64,000 bases of DNA from positions 26,332-90,331 of the forward strand of contig DCTZ01000005.1 in NCBI GenBank assembly GCA_002329485.1. The letters run 5' to 3'. Source of the stretch: Bacillales bacterium UBA1427. GTDB lineage: Bacteria; Bacillota_I; Bacilli_A; ML615J-28; CAG-313. The position numbers and the translations under genes were made by a program. Of the stretch, positions 38,558 to 46,945 are shown one piece after another. The notes below the pieces were generated by a model. The model ran no database searches. It worked only from the letters and a program-made list of their open reading frames with translations, and had not been told where the DNA came from. Each line of letters starts with the position of its first letter. Position 1 is the stretch's first letter.

Positions 38558-39874
38558 ATGAGAAAATTGACATTTATCCAACCGAAATTACAGATAGAGG
38601 AGGATAACAACGATCCAAACTATTGTAAGTTAAAGATACATCCTCTTGAACGCGGATATGGAATGACAATTGGAAATGCCCTTCGCCGAGTCATGTTGTC
38701 GTCTTTGCCGGGTGCCGCAATTGTGGCGGTTTCGATTGAAGGTGTCGAACACGAATTCGCCGGCGTCCCTTATATCTACGAAGATGTAACCGAAATCATC
38801 TTAAATCTAAAAAATGTCGTGTTGACCATCAACGACGACAAAAACGCCAAAGGCGATTACGGCGACGAAAACGCCATTTACCGTTTGGAATTGATCGAAG
38901 AACTTCCTTCAATTAACGACCAATGGAAAAAAGGCGTTCCGGAAGACAAATTGGTCTACTCGAAAGAAATCACCGCCGAACATATATCTACGACTTCCTC
39001 GGAAATAATTCGCATCGTTAATCCCGACCAAAAGATTTGCACGCTTTTGGCCGGCGGCAAAATCAAGATGGAATTATTTGCGCGTAACGGCGTTGGATAC
39101 GTAAGCGCCGACGAAAACAAACGCTTCTGCAAAGAAGGTTCAGCCAGGGTCATCAGCCGTTTGCCGATCGACTCGATCTTCACGCCGATCAAAAGATGCC
39201 GTTACGATGTCGCCAAGTCGCGTTACGAAGACAATTTCGACTGCGACGAACTAACTTTCGAAGTCTGGACCAACGGTTCGATCAAACCGACAAACGCTGT
39301 GTCGCTTGCCGCCCATTTCTTAGTTGAGCATTTCCAAATTCTCGAAGACTTGAATGTCTATATCAAAGAACGCGCATATATCATGCAAAAAGAGGAAAAG
39401 GTATCCAATAAGAAGTTGGATAAAAAGATTGAAGATCTTGACCTTTCAGTCCGTTCTTACAACTGTTTAAAACGGGCAAATATCAATACCGTTGGCGAAC
39501 TGACGCAAAAGACGGTTGAAGAAATGATGAAAGTTCGCAACTTAGGCCGTAAATCATTGAAAGAAGTAATTGAAAAATTGCGTGACATTGGTTTAAGCTT
39601 AAAGAGCGATGACGGATACGCTGATCTGACGGAAGGCGAAGACAAAGAGACAATCGATAACGATGAACCGGAATTGAACGATAATGCACCGCTTTTGGAT
39701 ATTAACCTTTCCGTGGCATTATACAATACCCTCAAAAAACAAAACATCGTTACCGTCGGCGACCTGATCAGCAAAACCACCGATGAACTTAAAGAAGATT
39801 TTGGCCTTGACGCAAAAAAGATCAAAGAAATCGAGGAAAAACTCAAGGCTAAAGGCTTGACTTTAAGCGAATGA
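38558..39874 (+). CDS. rpoA: DNA-directed RNA polymerase alpha subunit, elongated (438 aa) with a tandem second CTD-like domain
   Basis: N-domain GYGMTIGNALRRVMLSSLPGAAI. CTD1 DLSVRSYNCLKRANINTVGELTQKTVEEMMKVRNLGRKSLKEVIEKL. An acidic linker follows. CTD2 NLSVALYNTLKKQNIVTVGDLISKTTDELKEDFGLDAKKIKEIEEKL. Confidence 0.95.
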   Translation: MRKLTFIQPKLQIEEDNNDPNYCKLKIHPLERGYGMTIGNALRRVMLSSLPGAAIVAVSIEGVEHEFAGVPYIYEDVTEIILNLKNVVLTINDDKNAKGDYGDENAIYRLELIEELPSINDQWKKGVPEDKLVYSKEITAEHISTTSSEIIRIVNPDQKICTLLAGGKIKMELFARNGVGYVSADENKRFCKEGSARVISRLPIDSIFTPIKRCRYDVAKSRYEDNFDCDELTFEVWTNGSIKPTNAVSLAAHFLVEHFQILEDLNVYIKERAYIMQKEEKVSNKKLDKKIEDLDLSVRSYNCLKRANINTVGELTQKTVEEMMKVRNLGRKSLKEVIEKLRDIGLSLKSDDGYADLTEGEDKETIDNDEPELNDNAPLLDINLSVALYNTLKKQNIVTVGDLISKTTDELKEDFGLDAKKIKEIEEKLKAKGLTLSE

Positions 39875-39910
39875 CAAACCATATAACTTGAAATAAAGGA
39901 GATTACTCAT

Positions 39911-40273
39911 ATGGCATTAGGATATCGTAAACTAAGTAGAAAAAGCCATCAAAGAAAAGCTTTATTTCGGGATTTAATCACGGATTTGATTTTGAACGGT
40001 CGAATTGAAACTACCGAAGCCAAAGCGAAAGAATTGAAACGGATTGCCGACAAAATGGTAACTTTGGGAAAAAGAGGAGACTTGCATTCCCGTCGCCTTG
40101 CGGCTCAGCTAATCCGCTTCGAAACGCTTGAAGACGGTGAATTCGCCCTTCAGAAATTATTCAACGAGATTGCCCCGAAATATCAATCACGCAATGGCGG
40201 TTACACTAGAGTGTTGAAACTAGGAACCCGTCGCGGCGATGCAGCTCCGATGGCGATTATCGAATTTGTTTAA
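39911..40273 (+). CDS. rplQ: 50S ribosomal protein L17
   Basis: [22 protein letters not shown]...[23 protein letters not shown]. Confidence 0.97.
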   Translation: MALGYRKLSRKSHQRKALFRDLITDLILNGRIETTEAKAKELKRIADKMVTLGKRGDLHSRRLAAQLIRFETLEDGEFALQKLFNEIAPKYQSRNGGYTRVLKLGTRRGDAAPMAIIEFV

Positions 40274-40286
40274 AAAAACGAAAATG

Positions 40287-40316
40287 AACACCTTTAGAGG
40301 TGTTTATTTTTCTTTT
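40287..40316 (+). terminator. Rho-independent terminator after rplQ
   Basis: AACACCT (40287-40293) pairs with AGGTGTT (40298-40304) across loop TTAG. Followed by TATTTTTCTTTT. Confidence 0.75.
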
Positions 40317-40391
40317 CGCCCGTTTAATAAAAGCGTTACCGCGGGCTAAAAATAAGATATATATTCATCCGTTTGCAAAACAAGTCAAAAA

Positions 40392-40901
40392 ATGATAAAA
40401 TTAATTAATAGTTTAAGGATGGTGGAATTCGTGTCCAGACAAAATACCCTCTTTTTGGTATCGAAGCAAGTACTCGTAATAATTCTTTGCATCGTGGTCG
40501 TTGTCGTATCGATCTGTTTTGCGTCCTTTTTTGCTTTTCGGGCCAACTTCAAAATCCGACAACAAAAAAAAGAAGCCCTTGCCAACGGCCAGGTTCTATA
40601 TATCGTAATCGAACAGTACGAAGTGCAGAATTTCAAATTCAAGCCGGGCAGTTCGGTGAAAGTATTGTACGAAGCCAAATTTACCGACGATTTGGAATAC
40701 TATCACCGTTTCGAAAACGAATACGGCTACAATACCGTCGAAATCAAAAACGGGGAAGCAAAAGTAGTGGCAGCGGACTGCCGCGACGGCGTATGCAAAA
40801 ACCAGCTTATTACAAACGGTTTTAAAAACTGGTTCGAATCGCCGAGTATCATCTGTTATCCCCACGGAATCAAAATCAAATGGGAGGCCAGAACCTCATG
40901 A
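40392..40901 (+). CDS. NusG domain II (DUF1312)-containing membrane-anchored protein
   Basis: One N-terminal TM (VLVIILCIVVVVVSICFASFFAF), then NTVEIKNGEAKVVAADCRDGVCKNQLIT...SIICYPHGIKI, typical of NusG_II proteins. Start is uncertain (40392, 40419 or GTG 40431). The stop overlaps the ecfA1 start (ATGA). Confidence 0.6.
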   Translation: MIKLINSLRMVEFVSRQNTLFLVSKQVLVIILCIVVVVVSICFASFFAFRANFKIRQQKKEALANGQVLYIVIEQYEVQNFKFKPGSSVKVLYEAKFTDDLEYYHRFENEYGYNTVEIKNGEAKVVAADCRDGVCKNQLITNGFKNWFESPSIICYPHGIKIKWEARTS

Positions 40902-41707
40902 GTATCGAATTCAGAAACGTAACATTCGGTTACACCAAGGAAATCGAAGTATTGAAAGATTTCAACCTGAAGATTGAAGACGGGCAAATGGTATCGATTA
41001 TCGGCCATAACGGCAGCGGCAAGAGTACCATCGCCAAACTGATTGTCGGTTTGGTGGAAGCAAATTCCGGTTCGGTTTTGATCGACGGGGTAGAACTTTC
41101 GCCCGAAAACATCGACGAATACCGTCTGAAAATGGGAATCATTTTCCAAAATCCCGACAACCAGTTCGTCGGGGTCACGGTCAAAGACGATATCGCTTTC
41201 GGACTCGAAAACCACAATGTCCCGCGGGACGAGATGATTAAAAAAGTTAACCGTTATGCCGAACTGGTGGGCATGGAAGAATTTCTGGAAACAAATCCCG
41301 AAAATCTTTCCGGCGGACAAAAACAGAGAGTGGCGATTGCGGGGGTGCTAGCGATGGAAACCGAAATCATCATTTTCGACGAAGCCACCTCGATGCTCGA
41401 CCCGAGAGGTACCAAAGAAATTATCGAAACTATCAAAAGTTTAAAGAAAAACGAAAACAAAACAATCATCATGATTACCCACAATTTGGAAGAAGTGGTG
41501 TTTTCCGACCGGGTAATCGTCCTTAACGACGGCAAAATTGCGTTGGACGGAACCCCTCGGGAAGTTTTGAGCCGGCGGCAAATCCTGGAAGAAAGCGGAC
41601 TTGCCGTAATCGACAGCATTCAGTTAATATCGGAAATCGAACAAAGCTGCCTGCCGAATAAAGAGGCACTGGTGGAGGCCTTATGGGAATTAACTTTCGC
41701 GATGTAA
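40898..41707 (+). CDS. ecfA1: ECF transporter ATPase component EcfA1
   Basis: MSIEFRNVTFGY...GHNGSGKST...LSGGQKQRVAIAGVLA...IIIFDEATSMLD. GGGAGG lies upstream. Confidence 0.93.
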   Translation: MSIEFRNVTFGYTKEIEVLKDFNLKIEDGQMVSIIGHNGSGKSTIAKLIVGLVEANSGSVLIDGVELSPENIDEYRLKMGIIFQNPDNQFVGVTVKDDIAFGLENHNVPRDEMIKKVNRYAELVGMEEFLETNPENLSGGQKQRVAIAGVLAMETEIIIFDEATSMLDPRGTKEIIETIKSLKKNENKTIIMITHNLEEVVFSDRVIVLNDGKIALDGTPREVLSRRQILEESGLAVIDSIQLISEIEQSCLPNKEALVEALWELTFAM

Positions 41708-42546
41708 GTTTTCGGTACAACAAAAAATCCCCGAAACCTACCTTGGACAACATCAATCTCGATATTAACGAAAAGGGTGAATTTATCACGATTCTGGGCC
41801 ATACCGGAAGCGGCAAAAGCACCCTTGTCCAACATATGAATGCACTTTTGCTTCCAGATTTCGGCGAAGTCGAAATCTTCGGAAAACATATCACCAGAAA
41901 ATACAAAGACAAACTGAAAGACATAAGAAAAAAAGTCGGACTCGTTTTCCAGTTTCCCGAATACCAGCTGTTCGAGGAATCGGTTTTGAAAGACGTGATG
42001 TTCGGACCGAAGAATTTCGGTCTGAGCGAAGAAGAGGCCAAAGTCAAAGCAATCGAGGCCTGCCGCCAGGTCGGCTTAAGCGAAGACCTGTGGGACCGCT
42101 CGCCCTTTACTTTAAGCGGCGGCCAAATGCGCCGAGTGGCGATTGCGGGGATTTTGGCGAGCGAACCGGATATCCTCATTCTTGACGAACCGACCGTGGG
42201 ACTCGATCCCGTCGGAAAAAAAGAATTGCTGAATCTGCTCGAAGACATCAGAACCCAAACCGGAAAGACAATCATCATCATTTCGCACGACATGAATGTC
42301 GTCGCCAAACACGCCACCCGGGTAATTGTTCTGAACGACGGCAAAGTTGTCTATAACGGCCCGAAATTGCCCTTATTTTCGGATTTGGAACGTCTTGCTT
42401 CGTTTAATTTGGATTTGCCGGATTCCGCGCGGATTGCGCTCAAACTGAAGGAAAAAGGTTTAATCGCTTTCGACGATCTTCCGCTGTCTTTGGAAGAACT
42501 GAGGAAGCATCTCGATTTAAACCCAAAAGGTGACAGCCATGAATAA
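41683..42546 (+). CDS. ecfA2: ECF transporter ATPase component EcfA2
   Basis: MGINFRDVSFRY...GHTGSGKST...LSGGQMRRVAIAGILA...ILILDEPTVGLD. Overlaps the ecfA1 end. Confidence 0.93.
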   Translation: MGINFRDVSFRYNKKSPKPTLDNINLDINEKGEFITILGHTGSGKSTLVQHMNALLLPDFGEVEIFGKHITRKYKDKLKDIRKKVGLVFQFPEYQLFEESVLKDVMFGPKNFGLSEEEAKVKAIEACRQVGLSEDLWDRSPFTLSGGQMRRVAIAGILASEPDILILDEPTVGLDPVGKKELLNLLEDIRTQTGKTIIIISHDMNVVAKHATRVIVLNDGKVVYNGPKLPLFSDLERLASFNLDLPDSARIALKLKEKGLIAFDDLPLSLEELRKHLDLNPKGDSHE

Positions 42547-43516
42547 AATCGCCTTCGGACAGTATTATCATACGGACAGTTTTATTCACCGTCTAGACCC
42601 GCGAACCAAAATCATTTCCCTGATTTTGATGATGGTTTTCATCTTCGTCATCCCGAAAGACCAATTCTATGCTTTGGGGTTTGCGATTTTGCTGCTTCTG
42701 ACGGTGATAGTTTTAACCAAGGTGCCGCTCATCAAGTATATTAAGAGTTTGAAGCAGATTGCATATTTGCTGATTTTCTCCTTTTTCTTCCAGGCACTGT
42801 TCAACAAAAGCGGAGAAACTTTTCCGCCGATTGCGCAAAACCTGTCGATTGCCAATATTGCGATAGGGGTCGTTTTGCTTGCCTTGTATCTGGTTTTTAG
42901 AAAACACCTGCCGTTTAAGCTTTTATGGCTGTTGTTAATTATTGTTGCGATTATATATATATTCCAATATCCTTTGATCGGAAAAACAATCAAACCGTAT
43001 CAGCTTGTGATTTACAAAGGCGGTGTGGTTACCGGTTTCTTTATCATCGTTAGAATCATGCTTTTGATTGTGTATTCCTCGATTCTGACCCTGACCACCA
43101 AACCGACGGATCTAAACAACGCTTTGGAATGGCTGATGAAACCGCTCGAATGGATTAAAATTCCGACCAGCGTTTTGGCGATGATGATTTCCATTTCGCT
43201 GCGTTTTATCCCGACACTCTTTTTGGAAACCGAAAGGATCCTGAAAGCTCAAGCCTCCCGGGGAGTGGATTTCAAAGAAGGAAGAGTAAAAGAGAAGATA
43301 ACGCAGATTATTTCCCTGTTGATTCCGATGTTTATCATCTCGTTCAAGCGGGCTTTCGATTTGGCCGATGCGATGGAAGCAAGAGGCTATATCCCGGGAG
43401 CCAAAAGGACAAAGCTTGCGCTGCTTAAATTCCGGTTGTGGGATTATGGGGTATTGGTTTTTTCCCTGGGAATCGTTATCGGCTTGATAGTGTTAAGGGT
43501 GAACCATGCGATATAA
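42539..43516 (+). CDS. ecfT: ECF transporter transmembrane component EcfT
   Basis: GQYYHTDSFIHRLDPRTKI...AQASRG...AMEARGY (the two conserved AxRG-type coupling motifs). 325 aa, which is longer than I would expect for EcfT. Confidence 0.9.
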   Translation: MNKIAFGQYYHTDSFIHRLDPRTKIISLILMMVFIFVIPKDQFYALGFAILLLLTVIVLTKVPLIKYIKSLKQIAYLLIFSFFFQALFNKSGETFPPIAQNLSIANIAIGVVLLALYLVFRKHLPFKLLWLLLIIVAIIYIFQYPLIGKTIKPYQLVIYKGGVVTGFFIIVRIMLLIVYSSILTLTTKPTDLNNALEWLMKPLEWIKIPTSVLAMMISISLRFIPTLFLETERILKAQASRGVDFKEGRVKEKITQIISLLIPMFIISFKRAFDLADAMEARGYIPGAKRTKLALLKFRLWDYGVLVFSLGIVIGLIVLRVNHAI

Positions 43517-44234
43517 AATGATTGTCAGTTATGACGGCAGTTATTTTCACGGTTTCCAAAGACAGAAAGATTACGTGACGGTTCAGGAAGTCCTAGAAAA
43601 AACCATTTCGGAAATCGCCAAGGAAACGGTAACCGTAAAAAGCGCGGGCAGAACGGATGCGGGGGTGCATGCTTTGGGTCAGGTCATCCATTTCGACATC
43701 GCCAACCACATTCCCCCGAAAAACTTTGCCAAGGTTCTGAACAAAAAGCTTTTTCCCCATATATATATCAAAGAAGCCTATATCGTGGACGAGACGTTTC
43801 ATTCCCGGAAAAACGCGATTAAGAAAGAATACCATTACATTGTATCGCTGAACGAATTCAATCCCCTCGAAGCCATGTACAAACATTTTTTCCACAGCCA
43901 TATCGACATTGCCAAAATCAAAGAAGCCATGGGATATATCGTGGGAAGGCACGACTTCAAAAGTTTCAGCAAAAACAAACTGATTAAGGATACGGTAAGA
44001 ACCATCGAATCGTTCGAGCTGGAAGTAAAAAACAACGAGCTGATCTTCAAAATCATCGGAGACGGCTTTATGCACAACATGGTGCGGATTATCGTTGCAT
44101 TGATGCTTAAAGTCGGCGAAGGAAAATACGAACCATCCGCCGTAAAGCAAATCATCGAAGGAAGAAGCCGCAAGCTCGTTCCGTACGTTGCTCCGGCAAG
44201 CGGACTGTATCTGGTAAAAGTATATTACGAATAA
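43506..44234 (+). CDS. truA: tRNA pseudouridine(38-40) synthase
   Basis: MRYKMIVSYDGSYFHGFQRQ...SAGRTDAGVHALGQV...FMHNMVRIIV. Confidence 0.95.
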   Translation: MRYKMIVSYDGSYFHGFQRQKDYVTVQEVLEKTISEIAKETVTVKSAGRTDAGVHALGQVIHFDIANHIPPKNFAKVLNKKLFPHIYIKEAYIVDETFHSRKNAIKKEYHYIVSLNEFNPLEAMYKHFFHSHIDIAKIKEAMGYIVGRHDFKSFSKNKLIKDTVRTIESFELEVKNNELIFKIIGDGFMHNMVRIIVALMLKVGEGKYEPSAVKQIIEGRSRKLVPYVAPASGLYLVKVYYE

Positions 44235-44337
44235 AAGTGACACTTTTTTCGTTAAAATATATATGAAAAGAAATGCTTACATTTAGACCCGATAAAAGGT
44301 AAAATAAAGATATAAAAAAATGAAAAGGAGGGATAAA

Positions 44338-44730
44338 GTGCTGAAAAGGATCGGAATGGCTTTTCTGACTGTCCTGATGTTTTTTTCGCTTTCTTCGTAT
44401 ATCCCTCTTGCTTCCAACAAAAATGCTTTGGACAACACTTATTACTTTTTGGAAGAAAGATACGACAATCTGCTGCTTTCGGAAGAAGATTTGAAAAAGC
44501 TCAAAAAATATTTCCGAAAGAAAAACCGAAACTCTCGGAAGTTCCTTAAAATGCTCGATGCCAAGATAAAAAAACTTTGCGAAAAACACCGGCTGGAGGA
44601 TTCCCGGAAAAACATTACTACTTTGGAAAAATACGGTTTGTCGGGCGAATCGGTCGGAATTTATTCGGAAAACAACAGTGTTATGTTGCTTGATTACCGG
44701 GAAAAAGAAGTGTATGCCTGGATCGATTGA
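44338..44730 (+). CDS. Hypothetical secreted protein (signal peptide, Lys/Glu-rich)
   Basis: The GTG at 44338 is 5 nt after AGGAGGG. The N-terminus (M)LKRIGMAFLTVLMFFSLSSYIPLASN looks like a signal peptide. I recognise no family. Confidence 0.5.
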   Translation: MLKRIGMAFLTVLMFFSLSSYIPLASNKNALDNTYYFLEERYDNLLLSEEDLKKLKKYFRKKNRNSRKFLKMLDAKIKKLCEKHRLEDSRKNITTLEKYGLSGESVGIYSENNSVMLLDYREKEVYAWID

Positions 44731-44745
44731 TAAATAAACAAAAAA

Positions 44746-44775
44746 ACAGCCGGACTTCAAACCCGGCTGTTTTGT
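44746..44775. terminator. Bidirectional terminator between convergent small genes
   Basis: ACAGCCGG (44746-44753) pairs with CCGGCTGT (44763-44770). An A-run lies upstream and TTTTGTT downstream. Confidence 0.75.
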
Positions 44776-44779
44776 TAAT

Positions 44780-45001
44780 TTATTCGTTTTTCTTGAGCGG
44801 TTTCTTTTTGTACTGATCCATCAGCATTTTCTCGCCCATCGCGACCTGTTCTTTGGTTTTGAGCCCTCCGACCAAAGGAAGCTCGCCCAAAGTTTCGGGT
44901 TCGACGCTTAAGTCTTTTCCGAACTCGGTATCTTTCTTTAATTTCTGTTTGATATCGCGGGTTGTCGGTTTATTCTTCGGATTGGAATTGTTGTTGTTCA
45001 T
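44780..45001 (-). CDS. Small hydrophilic hypothetical protein (73 aa, Asn run at N-terminus)
   Basis: CAGGAGGTG RBS 6 nt upstream of the ATG. MNNNNSNPKNKPTTRDIKQKLKKDTEFGKDLSVEP... Highly charged, no TM segment. Loosely reminiscent of small spore-associated proteins, but I cannot place it. Confidence 0.5.
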   Translation of the reverse strand: MNNNNSNPKNKPTTRDIKQKLKKDTEFGKDLSVEPETLGELPLVGGLKTKEQVAMGEKMLMDQYKKKPLKKNE

Positions 45002-45137
45002 TTCGGCACCTCCTGTTTATATTATCGATAGCTTTTTCAAAATATATACATGAAAAAAGAAGAGCCCGATATATATATTCTATCGTTTGAAAAAGACCCC
45101 ATTTTATGTTATAATGGTTTTAACGGAGGAACGGAAG

Positions 45138-46823
45138 ATGAATAAAAGAATGATACGCTGTATTTTGTTTGTGCTAGGTTTTGCCCTATGTTTGACCGGA
45201 TGCAAACCTTCAGCCGATTACGCGGAAATCGGACAAACCCTGCTTGAGGATGTTCCGGGTTTGGTGTTTGCGGAGGAATTCGACTACGAATTTCCGAGGA
45301 AATATCAGGGCCACGAAATTACGTGGGAGTTTGCGAAAAGCGATTATATCGACGAAAACGGGAAGTTTATCGAACCGTCTTTTCACGATGTCACTTTGAA
45401 ACTCAGCGTTTTCGTGGACGGACAAAAAGCGGGAACCAAAAACATCACCTTATCGAGAAATTTAACCATCTATTTCGGAGAAATCGAAAAATATGTCAAA
45501 AGTTTCATCAAGGACCGCGCTCGGGGCGATGTCAGACTGATGACCACTTATTACGATATCGAAGGAATCGAAATCAGCTATACTTCTTCCAAACCGGAAA
45601 TCGTCGACAATACCGGCAAATACTATAACCACGAATACGACGAAGAAATTGTTTTCGATGTCGTGGTATCTTATCGGGGAAAAACCCACGAATTCCAAGT
45701 CAAGCATATATCTGTCGGTTTGCCGGACCTCGACAAGATTGCCAAAATCGACGAATGGCTGCGGGAACAGCTCGCAAACATGCCTTTTGAAGACGGAACG
45801 GAACTTCCGGTAACTCATCCCTTTTACGGCGGCAGAATCCGCTGGATTTGCGAAGATCCGTTTGTGGTTCTCAACAACAAAGATTTCTTCCTGCCGATGG
45901 ATGAGGGAACATATATGCTGATGGCGGAAGTCAATTATCCCGGCGCTTTCGAATATTTCCAGTATTTCGTGGACTTGCCTGCAACCGATGTAAAAGATCC
46001 TTTGGAACGAGCCAAGAGATTTTTGGCAGTTGCGACCCCGAAAGAAATCGAAGAGTTTATTGTTTTATATAAAGGAGACAGCGTCAATATCACGAGAAAC
46101 ATTATCGGAAGCGACGTTAACTGGCAGGTGCACGGAGGAACCAAACCAGAAGTTCCCCAAAGCGAGCTTGACAGACGGATGTATGAAGGTTACACCATGC
46201 CGAACGACGACAACGTCTTATGGATTGTCGTGCACGAAACAGGCATGAAAACGGTCGGATTGTTTGCGGAGGCGTTCGATAAGATTCAGTGGGACCGGGC
46301 AACCGGAGACTCCAAACCGGACAGCGTTTCCTGGCATTATACCGTCGACGACCACCAAATCATCCAAAACTACGAAGACAAAATCGCCTGCTGGCATGCG
46401 GGGGACAGAACCGCAATCGGCGGCGGCAACAAAAACGGCATTGGAATCGAAATGTGCATCAATCCGGACGGAAAATACGATGCGTCTTTACGAAACGACG
46501 CAAGGCTTGTGGCATCGCTGTTAATCAAATACAATCTGAATATGGCCAACGTCAAGAGACACCGCGACTTTATGTCCAAAGACTGTCCGGAAACAATGAT
46601 TAGAGAAAGACGCTGGTTCGAATTCCTGGATTTGGTTGCCAAAGAATATATCTCGCAGACGCTTCTAGCGCAATTCGAGATTTCCTACGAATTCGATTCC
46701 GAAGTTTTGGCGGCTTGGCAGATTGCCGGGGTATACCAAAATACCGCTTCTTCCCCCGAAGAAGTAAATGTCGTTGCCAAAATCGAAGGAACAGAATTGA
46801 ATCTGACGATAAAGCTTAATTAA
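45138..46823 (+). CDS. Lipoprotein with three Ig-like repeats and an N-acetylmuramoyl-L-alanine amidase (Amidase_2/PGRP-type) domain, paralog 1
   Basis: MNKRMIRCILFVLGFALCLTGC (lipobox LTGC). Amidase core VVHETG...WHYTVDD...NGIGIEMC...KRHRDFMSKDCPE, with His/His/Cys Zn ligands as in T7-lysozyme-type amidases. GGAGG lies upstream of the ATG at 45138. Confidence 0.8.
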   Translation: MNKRMIRCILFVLGFALCLTGCKPSADYAEIGQTLLEDVPGLVFAEEFDYEFPRKYQGHEITWEFAKSDYIDENGKFIEPSFHDVTLKLSVFVDGQKAGTKNITLSRNLTIYFGEIEKYVKSFIKDRARGDVRLMTTYYDIEGIEISYTSSKPEIVDNTGKYYNHEYDEEIVFDVVVSYRGKTHEFQVKHISVGLPDLDKIAKIDEWLREQLANMPFEDGTELPVTHPFYGGRIRWICEDPFVVLNNKDFFLPMDEGTYMLMAEVNYPGAFEYFQYFVDLPATDVKDPLERAKRFLAVATPKEIEEFIVLYKGDSVNITRNIIGSDVNWQVHGGTKPEVPQSELDRRMYEGYTMPNDDNVLWIVVHETGMKTVGLFAEAFDKIQWDRATGDSKPDSVSWHYTVDDHQIIQNYEDKIACWHAGDRTAIGGGNKNGIGIEMCINPDGKYDASLRNDARLVASLLIKYNLNMANVKRHRDFMSKDCPETMIRERRWFEFLDLVAKEYISQTLLAQFEISYEFDSEVLAAWQIAGVYQNTASSPEEVNVVAKIEGTELNLTIKLN

Positions 46824-46839
46824 TGTTTCGATACTCTTG

Positions 46840-46880
46840 GGAGAAAATCAACTGACTTGTTTTTCTCCTTTTTATTTTTT
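46840..46880 (+). terminator. Rho-independent terminator after amidase paralog 1
   Basis: GGAGAAAA (46840-46847) pairs with TTTTCTCC (46861-46868). Followed by TTTTTATTTTTT. Confidence 0.65.
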
Positions 46881-46945
46881 GGCTTCGGCAATAATTTTAT
46901 GGTATACTTGATTCAGAAAAAAATCACGGGAAAAGAGGTATATAT

